DNA of 64,000 bases from Eledone cirrhosa (taxonomy: Eukaryota), in assembly GCA_964016885.1 (NCBI GenBank), contig OZ024743.1:355942001-356006000 (forward strand), read 5' to 3'. Below are positions 54,660 through 64,000 of this stretch, piece after piece. Position numbers and translations under genes: made by a program. A model generated the notes under the pieces. The model did not search any database, was not told the origin of the DNA, and worked only from the letters and a program-made list of their open reading frames with translations. How positions within the stretch are numbered: position 1 is the first letter of the stretch; each line of letters opens with the position of its first letter.

Positions 54660-55049
54660 ACTCCAACACCACCATGGTGATGATGGTGATGACGATGGCG
54701 ATGATGATGACGATGGTGGTGATGGTGATGATGATGGTGATGACGGTGATGATGATGACGGTGATGGTGATAATGTGATGGTGATAGCGATGGTGATGGC
54801 GATGGTGTTGATGGTGATGATGACGATGGTGATGATGACGATGGTGATGGCGGTGGTGACGATGACGATGGTGATGGTGACGATGATGGTGATGATGATG
54901 ATGATGATGATGATGACGTGATTGTGGTGATGATAATGATGATAATAATGGTGATGATGGTGATGATTATGACGACAACGACGATGATGACAATGATGAT
55001 GATGATGATGATGATGATGCTGCTGCTGCTGCTAGTTGTCATCACTTGT

Positions 55050-55087
<38 letters not shown>

Positions 55088-55420
55088 TATTATGTAAAGA
55101 AACAAAACCTCGTTATTACCAGTATTATTTTCTTTCACCTCTTCCTCCTCATTAACCGGACGTTAACTGATGGTGGTGATGGTGATGGTGATGACGATGA
55201 CGATGATGATGATGATGATCACTGCTGCCGTCATCATCATCATCAGCAGCAACATCATTACAGTTGTTATTTCAAGAAACAAATAAAATTATTGCCAGTA
55301 TTATTTTCAACATCTTCCACACCATTGTCATTGCCGTCATCATCATCACCACCACCACCACCATCACCATCATCCGCATCATCATCGTCACCATCACCAT
55401 TATTATCATCATTATCAATT
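54660..55420. repeat. (GAT)/(GGT)/(CAT) trinucleotide tracts
   Basis: Direct reading. Confidence 0.9.
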
Positions 55421-55464
55421 GGAATTACAGGTGGTTGTGGAAGTGTGCTGTTGTAATTGTTGTT

Positions 55465-56203
<739 letters not shown>

Positions 56204-56394
56204 TTTGTTGTAGCTACTATCATCATCATCATATTATTATTATCCTTATTTGTATTTCTAGTAGTAGTGGTGGTAGTAGTAGTAGTAGTGGTGGTAATAT
56301 TTACATCATTTTTCTCATTTCTCTGTCTTCTCAAATCTTCCTAAATGATCGATGGAAAACGGGTGAGGTGGAGATGGCAAGTGGATTGTCCTCA

Positions 56395-58212
56395 GTATGT
56401 GTGTGTTTCTGAGTATGTGTGTGTTATGTGAGTGTGTTTCTGTGTGTGTTTGTATGTGTGTCAGTGTGTATGTGAGTGTGTTTCAGTGTGTGTTATGAGA
56501 GTGTGTTTGTGTGAATGTGAGTGTGTGTGTGTTGTGTGAGTGTTTGTGTGTGTGTTATGTGAGTGTGTTTCTGTGAGTGTGTTTGTGTGTGTGTTATGTG
56601 AGTGTGTTTGTGTGTGTGTGAGTGTGTTTGTGTTATGTGAGTGTGTTTGTGTGTGTGTTATGTGAGTGTGTTTGTGTGTATGTGAGTGTGTTTCTGTGTG
56701 TGTTATGTGAGTGTATTTCTGTGTGTGTTATGTGAGTGTGTTTCTGTGTGTATGTGAGTGTGTTTCTGTGTGTGTTATGTGGGTGTGTTTGTGTGTATGT
56801 GTGTTTCTGTGTGTGTTATGAGAGTGTGTGTGTGTGTATGTGAGTGTGTTTCTGTGTATGTGAGTGTGTTTGTGTGTGTGTTATGTGAGTGTGCTTGTGT
56901 GTATGTGAGTGTGTTTGTGTGTGTGTTATGTGAGTGTGCTTGTGTGTATGTGATTGTGTTTGTGTGTATGTGAGTGTGTTTGTGTGTGTGTTATGTGAGT
57001 GTGTTTCTGTGTGTATGTGAGTGTGTTTGTGTGTATGTGTGTTTCTGTGTGTGTTATGTGGGTGTGTTTGTGTGTATGTGTGTTTCTGTGTGTGTTATGA
57101 GAGTCTGTTTCTGTGTGTGTTATGTGAGTGTGTTTCTGTGTGTGTTATAAGAGTCTGTTTCTGTGTGTGTTATGAGAGTGTGTTTGTGTGTGTGTTATGT
57201 GAGTGTGTTTCTGTGTGTGTTATGAGAGTCTGTTTCTGTGTGTGTTATGAGAGTGTGTTTGTGTGTATGTGAGTGTGTTTGTGTGTGTGTGTATGTATGT
57301 GAGTGTGTTTCTGTGTGTCTGTGAGTGTGTTTCTGTGTGTCTGTGTGTGTGTTCAGTGTGTATGTGTTTGTGAGTGTCTGTTGTACAGGTTTTGTTATTT
57401 TTGATTGATTATAGAGCCAAAATTACACTTGGCTGTCTAAAGGCAGGTGAAGAAGACCTTCAAAATGTAGATGTATATGTAATCACTAAACAATATGGTG
57501 TATGGTACAGTACAGTGTAAGGATGGATGGTGGTTTGGTGAGTGGTGGTGATGGTGTGTTTCTGTGTGTATGTATCTATCACTATGTGTTTGTGTCTGAG
57601 TGTGTGTGATAGAATGTGTGGGCATTTGTGTGAGTATGTATGCTAATGTGTGTGTGTGTGTGACTATGTATATATGTGCCTGTGTGTGTGTGTGCGAGAC
57701 TAGGTCTGTGCTGATGTGTGTATGTGTGACTGTGTATAAGTGCATGTGTGAGTGAGACTGTGTGTATATGTGCAAGTGAGTATGTGTATATGTGCATGTG
57801 TGTGTCTAACGTGTGTGTGTGTGAGACTATGTATGTGTGTGTCTGCATGCTGACGTGTGTGTGTGTGTGTGTGACTATGTGCATGTGTGAGTGAGACTGT
57901 ATATATGTACAAGTGTGTGTGTGTGTGTGTGAGACTGTATATGTGCAAGTATGTGTGTGTGTGTGTGAGACTGTGTATATGTATAAGTGTGTGTGTGTGT
58001 GTGTGTGTGAGACTGTGTATATGTACAAGTGTGTGTGTGTGTGTGTGTGAGACTATATGTACAAGTGTGTGTGTGAGCCTGTGTTTATGTACAAGTGCGT
58101 GTGTGTGTGTGAGAGACTGTCTATGTACAAGTGTGTGTGTGTGTGTGTGTGTGAGCCTGTGTATATGTACAAGTGTGTGTGTGTGAGACTGTATATGTGC
58201 ATGTGTATGTAT
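56395..58212. repeat. Degenerate (TG)n-derived satellites with a short unique island near 57380-57530
   Basis: Direct reading. Confidence 0.9.
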
Positions 58213-58371
58213 GTGATTCAAACTGAAATGATTAAAAGATGAACAAGTATATGTGTGTAGGGGGGGGGGTGAAAGAGGAGGTAAAAGATGGTTGTGCGGA
58301 TAGGAGGAAGAGTGTGAGTAAGGGACAACATGAGAGGGCACAACATCTGAAAATAATGGAATAAGGGAATA

Positions 58372-59730
58372 TGGATGATGACAATGATGGTGGTGGTGGT
58401 GGTGTTGGTGGTGGATGATGACAGTAGTGGTGGTGGTGGTGGATGATGACAGTGGTGGTGGTGGTGGTGGTGGTGGTGGTAGATGATGACAGTGGTGGTG
58501 GTGGTGGTGGATGATGACAGTGGTGGTGGTGGTGGTGGTGGTGGTGGTAGATGATGACAGTGGTGGTGGAGGTGGTGGTGGTGGTGGTGGTGGATGATGA
58601 CAGTGGTGGTGGTGGTGGTGGTGGTAGATGATGACAGTGGTGGTGGTGGTGGATGATGACAGTGGTGGCAGTGGTGGTTGTGGTGGTGATGGTGGTTGTG
58701 GTAGATGATGAGTGGTGGTGGTGGTGGTAGATGACGGTAGTGGTGGTGGTGGGATGACAGTAGTGGTGGTGGTGGTGGTGGATGACATTGATGGTGGTGG
58801 TGGTGGTAGATGAGATTGATGGTGGTGGCGGTGGTGGTTGACAGTGGTGATGGCGGTGGTGGTAGATGACATTGATGGTGGTGGTGGTGGATGACAGTGG
58901 TGGTGGATGACATTGATGGTGGTGGTGGTGGTGGATGATGACAGTAGTGGTGATGGTGGTGGTAGATGATGACAGTGATGGTGGTGGTGGTGGATGACAG
59001 TGATGGTGGTGGTGGTGGATGACAGTGATGGTGGTGGTGGTGGATGAGTGGTGGTGGTGGTGGTGGATGACAGTGGTGGTGGTGGTGGTGGTGGTGGTAG
59101 ATGATGACATTGATGGTGGTGGTGGTGGATGACAGTGGTGGTGGTGGTGGTGGAGATGACATTGATGGTGGTGGTGGATGACAGTGGTGGATGACATTGA
59201 TGGTGGTGGTGGATGACAGTGGTGGTAGATGACATTGATGGTGGTGGTGGTGGATGACAGTGGTGGTAGATGACATTGATGGTGGTGGTGGTGGTGGCTG
59301 TGGTGGATGACATTGATGGTGGTGGTGGTGGTGGTGGATGACATTGATGGTGGTGGTGGTAGATGATGACAGTAGTGGTGGTAGTGGTGGTGGCAGATGA
59401 TGACAGTATGGTGGTGGTGGTGGTGGTGGTAGATGATGACAGTGGTGGTGGTGGTAGATGATGACAGTGGTGGTGGTGGTGGTAGATGATGATGATGATA
59501 CAAAGAAGATGGTGGAGGTGATGCAATGAAAATGATGGACAATGATAATGATGCTATGAAGATGGTGGCGGTGGGCAAAGGTGATGCAATGAAGATGGTG
59601 GTGGTAGTGGTGGATGATGATGATGATGATTATGGTAATGATGATGATGGCAGGGGATAATGGATGACAATGGTGGATAGTGTTGGTGGTGGTGGCAGTG
59701 GTAGACAATAATGATGATGATGGTGAATGA
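58372..59730. repeat. (GGT)n punctuated by GATGAC(AG/AT)
   Basis: Direct reading; source of the His/Pro/Thr ORFs. Confidence 0.93.
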
Positions 59731-59968
59731 TGACAAAGAATCAAATAAGTCAAATTGCCCTGATTGATTACACTTAGTCAGATGATAAACCCCACCCTGC
59801 TCCTCCCCCATTCTACAAGTTGTAGTTGGTAGGTGGGGTGGCAGCAGAGATGGTGTGGAGGGCAAGGGCGTAGAGAGGGGGGGTTAGAGTTTGGTGGTAG
59901 AGCAGCAAAAAGAACCAACTGGGAAGTGGTGGTTAGGAAGAAAATAGCTGATGGATAGATAGACACAT

Positions 59969-60008
<40 letters not shown>

Positions 60009-60013
<5 letters not shown>

Positions 60014-60133
60014 AACGAGCAGGACCCCGACGGCTGAGCTCAAGCCGTTACGACGGCTAATTCTGGACTAGCAGTCCAGAATTAGCCGTCGAAACGGCTT
60101 GAGCTCAGCCGTCGGGGTCCTACTCGTTCCTAT
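60009..60133. repeat. Fold-back hairpin, 61-bp arms, 3-nt loop, CpG-rich
   Basis: 59 of 61 positions complementary by hand alignment. Confidence 0.95.
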
Positions 60134-60336
60134 TACCCACTCTACTACCCTAAGTATTGAGTACTTTGGTGCGTTATGGTCCATCTGGTTCCTTACCACA
60201 TTTCCTTCGTTATATATATATATATATATATATAAAGATTAATAGATGGGCAGATAGATACATAGGTAGTTAGCTACACTTGTTAATAGTTATAAAGATT
60301 GACAGAATGAGTAACATTCACATATCTATGTATGCA

Positions 60337-60370
<34 letters not shown>

Positions 60371-60872
60371 TGTATCTGCATGCTACCGTGTATGCAAGTG
60401 CGTGTGTATATATATATAGTCAGGATCTGCATCCTGAAGATCAGTTTTCACCACTTCTGCTCTTGTCTTCCTGGGCCTACATCTTACACATCTTTTCACT
60501 TGCAACTTATGGCCCTTCTTCATTTAACAATTCAATATCCATATATAATAATCATACAATTCTCTCTCCTGCACACACTACATCAGATTCTACTTATACC
60601 TGTTTTTTTTCTCTCAACACATCTATAATAGTAACATTTGAACATTTGGCCACATAAAATCACGTAGCATAGAGAGCTTGGCTATTAGTCTAACAATGTA
60701 TTGCAGCCAGAAGAACATATTTTTTCCTAAGGAGTTGTTGAGAATATATATAAATTTCTGGTGAGTGAATTCAATATGCTCCCTGTCATTTCTGTGAGGA
60801 CCTTAAAGTTGCATAAATGCCAGACATCTCATTTTTTATATCCCTCTGATATATATATATATATATATATAT

Positions 60873-61060
60873 AAGCAAAAGAAAACAGAAACACCAAAGC
60901 AAACAACACAGTATAATGAAGGAATATATTAGTTTAATGTTTGATATAGTAGGAAAAGACTCTTTATGTTTCAGACGCTAGTCTATCATCAGAAAATAGA
61001 ATGAGAAATATAAGATGAAATAGAAAGACAAAAATTGAGAAGAGGAAGGAACAGTAAAAA
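60873..61060 (-). mobile_element. Penelope-like terminal-repeat fragment with decayed minimal hammerhead
   Basis: Minus strand CTGATGA-t-agac-tagc-gtct-GAAAC-ATA at 60992-60965, next to (TA)n. Confidence 0.5.
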
Positions 61061-61125
61061 AAAAATTAAGAAAATGCATCTATGTATTCAATCAGCCATT
61101 TTGTGTGTATACATATATATACACC

Positions 61126-61172
<47 letters not shown>

Positions 61173-61179
61173 ACACATA

Positions 61180-61310
61180 AAATTGTTTCTATTTTCGGCA
61201 CAAGGCCAGCAATTACCCGGTACATTACTGGTACTTTATTTTATCAACCTTGTAAGGATGAAAGGCAAAGTTAACCTTGGCGGGATTTGAACTCAGATCG
61301 TAAAGGGACA
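61180..61310 (-). mobile_element. SINE-A, partial
   Basis: Consensus match. Confidence 0.85.
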
Positions 61311-61393
61311 TATAATGAATAAAAAGTATGGGCAAAGACAGGAAAATAAAAAGTATGGGCAAAGACAGGAAAATAAAAGAATACAGATAATCC

Positions 61394-61433
61394 CATTTCA
61401 TCAGTCAATTGCTAGAGACACAACGTTTCAATG
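61394..61433 (-). ncRNA. Hammerhead-like motif with type II topology
   Basis: cauu-GAAAC-guugu-GUC-ucua-gcaa-uuga-CUGAUGA-aaug. Confidence 0.5.
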
Positions 61434-61625
61434 CTTATATATATATATATTACTTGATCGCTTTTTTTTGGCTATGCGAGTGATTGTTTAACCATCGTCT
61501 CAGTGTGTTTGGCCTTTAACGTTTGTTATAGTTCTGGTTCTTCTGAATCATTGAGCACTTGCCGCACATCTCGGAGGTTGTTTTTCGTTATTTCGTGGGC
61601 CGAAATGCGAATCTCGATAATTTAT

Positions 61626-61667
<42 letters not shown>

Positions 61668-61691
61668 TCTTTATACAAGTTGTGTGATTAA

Positions 61692-62084
61692 CCCTTTCTG
61701 ATATCAATCCACCCCAAACCACCTCTGTTTCTATGAACCCCCACCCCGTATTTGTTAAGTGTTTCCTGTATAAATAAAAATTTTTCAAGAATATTACAAA
61801 TGCCACCTTAATAATTGTTTATACTTTTGGCACAAGGCCAGTAATTATCCCTGTTCATTACTGGTACTTTATTTTATCGAGCCCGTAAGGATGAAAGGCA
61901 AAGTTAACCTCGGCGGGATTTGAACTCAGAACGTAAAGGGCCATAACTCTATGCTGCAAAGCATGGTGCCAGACACTCTACTGATACTGGAAATCCAAAA
62001 CCAGGATTTTAGTAAATCCATCCAAATTCTTCATTAATTAATTGAAATATAGTGCATTTCATTAGAAATACGGTAAAGATAGGG
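61692..62084. mobile_element. piggyBac-like MITE family 2 containing a SINE-A (about 61812-61997, minus)
   Basis: TTAA|CCCT .. AGGG|TTAA. Confidence 0.7.
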
Positions 62085-62311
62085 TTAAAAAGTTTACATC
62101 AAAATCATGTGGTATCTGAAACAAAGTGTCTTTTACCAGATATAGCATTTGTTGGTCTAAAAGCATGCGTGAAACTGAGTAAACAGAAACTGCACAGAAG
62201 CTTATTGAGTAGACTGTACATGATGAGATCTAGCTTCTTCTCCTTTCCCTCCCACTAGTCCAAGAGACCCTGAAAAGAGTCATGGGGTGCTGCCTTTACT
62301 CCTGTCATTAA

Positions 62312-62514
62312 CCCTTTAGTATTTACATTACTATTATATTTTCACGGTAAAGGCTTTATCTCACATAATATGGAATCTTTGAGATTTTGATGATGATATT
62401 ATTTATTTTGAGAACAATACCTTAATGTCTGTATGTGTGGCCGGTTATGGCCAGTTTGAACAGAACGAGGTAAGAGAATTCCTGCTGTATATGGCCGGTT
62501 TAAATGCTAGAGGG
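62312..62514. mobile_element. piggyBac-like MITE family 1
   Basis: TTAA|CCCTTTAG..CTAGAGGG|TTAA; inverted homologue of 645-805. Confidence 0.75.
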
Positions 62515-63626
62515 TTAAGCTAAAGACAAAACAAGAATAATTCAAACAAAACAATATTATGTATAAAATCTCACACAACACAACAATACCACAAAGATAT
62601 AGTAGTGTAATGTAGTTCAGATATGACCACACATGTTTACTGGGGTGCTAGTTTGTTGTTTACTGGGGGTGCCAGTTTGACATACTTTTATGTCATGGTA
62701 AACTCTTTCTGAATGTTTTCTTCATAGTCACAACTGAAATACTTCTGATCAGAGATTTGCTCAATTAGGGGTGACCTGGGACTAAAGGACAACAAGAAAA
62801 ACAATAGCAACAACAACAATGACAACAACAAACATTTACTTCACCACTATTAAATCCAGCATAGCTTGTCTTTCCTTGCTTATCCCTACATCTCCAATGG
62901 ATTCCAAGAAGGATTTCCAAGTTTAACTGGCAATTTCAAATGACAAGAGTGTGGTATGAGAATTCACCATAAATTACAAGTGTCTATGTGTGTGTGTGTG
63001 TATGTTCATGTTTGTATGAATGTGTAGGTGTGTGTGACATGAAAATAATCAAAATAAGGTGACCCCATACAATGGAATGCTTGAGTGGAGATAATACAAC
63101 ACACATACACACACAAAAAAAAACAAGCGCACACACTCTCTCACAGAATACAAAAGGAAAGTTGCAATGACATTTAAGTGCACACATACATGAACACTGT
63201 CTTGTAAACACACACATAAACATGCCAGAAAACACACATGTCAACAAACACACACACATACTTGGGCATATCAGCACACGTCCACACTTCCACACCCAAA
63301 ATCACATCAACATATGCACACACACACCCACACACAACACAGCTGAAAATAGGTTCAATTATGTAAAAATTCCTCACTACCAACTTCTAGGACAAAAATA
63401 GAAAATAATATATATTTTTTTCTTGTTTTACTCTGCTGCTTTTGTTGTTGTTGTAGCACTAGATATTTTGGTTGATATTATCAGCATTTCACTAATAGCA
63501 TCATTGTCACCACCATTGCACATGCACACATGTCTCTGACTGCAAGAGAGAGAGAGAGAGAGAGATTGTGTGTGTATGCATGAGACAGATTGTATATATA
63601 TGTGAGAGAGAGAGAGAGATCATGTG

Positions 63627-63783
63627 AGAAGAAGAAGAAGAAGAAGAAGGCAAAGAGGAAGAAGAAGAAGGCAAAGAGGAAGAAGAAGAAGAAGAAGAAG
63701 AAGAAGAAGAAGAAGAAGAAGAAGAAGAAGAAGAAGAAGAAGAAGAAGAAGAAGAAGAAGAAGAAGAAGAAGAAGAAGAAGAA
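63627..63783. repeat. (GAA)n tract
   Basis: Direct reading. Confidence 0.98.
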
Positions 63784-64000
63784 AAATCGATACCTGCACA
63801 CATATGCTCATGGTTGCTTCTATACCCTAACCACTGTCACCCCTACCTCGTCCATTATCACAGGTGCGCACATTCACCCCTAAGCCTAAGATTCCTATGG
63901 CTCTGTATGGACCATCATCATGCACACACACACACACACACACACATATTCTCACAGCGTCATACAAACAACACATACACACTACTCTCTCTTAATCCTT

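Noticed and set aside
57413-57480. Possible plus-strand exon (AKITLGCLKAGEEDLQNVD)
   Set aside because: Weak splice sites and no recognisable homology.
57700-59753. Three overlapping 448-608-aa ORFs
   Set aside because: Open in all three minus frames because of (ACC)n repeats; artefact.

Overview
AT-rich, extremely repeat-dense eukaryotic (animal) DNA. The SINE, RTE and microsatellite make-up resembles coleoid cephalopod (Octopus-like) genomes; this is an inference, not a search result. I recognise no host protein-coding gene. Nearly all long ORFs are microsatellite artefacts or transposon remnants. Supported content: at least eight 5'-truncated or decayed RTE-clade LINEs (with a C4HC3 PHD-type finger inserted inside the RT region), about 21 copies of one tRNA-derived SINE, CORE-like SINEs with three different tails, a DD37D (maT) and a DD34D mariner pseudo-transposon, two Helitrons (one retaining PIF1 helicase remnants), Tc1/mariner-, pogo/Tc2- and piggyBac-type MITEs, Penelope-like remnants, two 69-bp minisatellites, a 53-bp composite array and many simple repeats. 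Most notable: two hammerhead-ribozyme-like motifs (type I at 47212-47322, type II topology at 61394-61433), two sequence-unrelated 125-nt fold-back hairpins of the same architecture, RTE insertion next to (TA)n, SINE-LINE tail sharing, and two candidate minus-strand exons.
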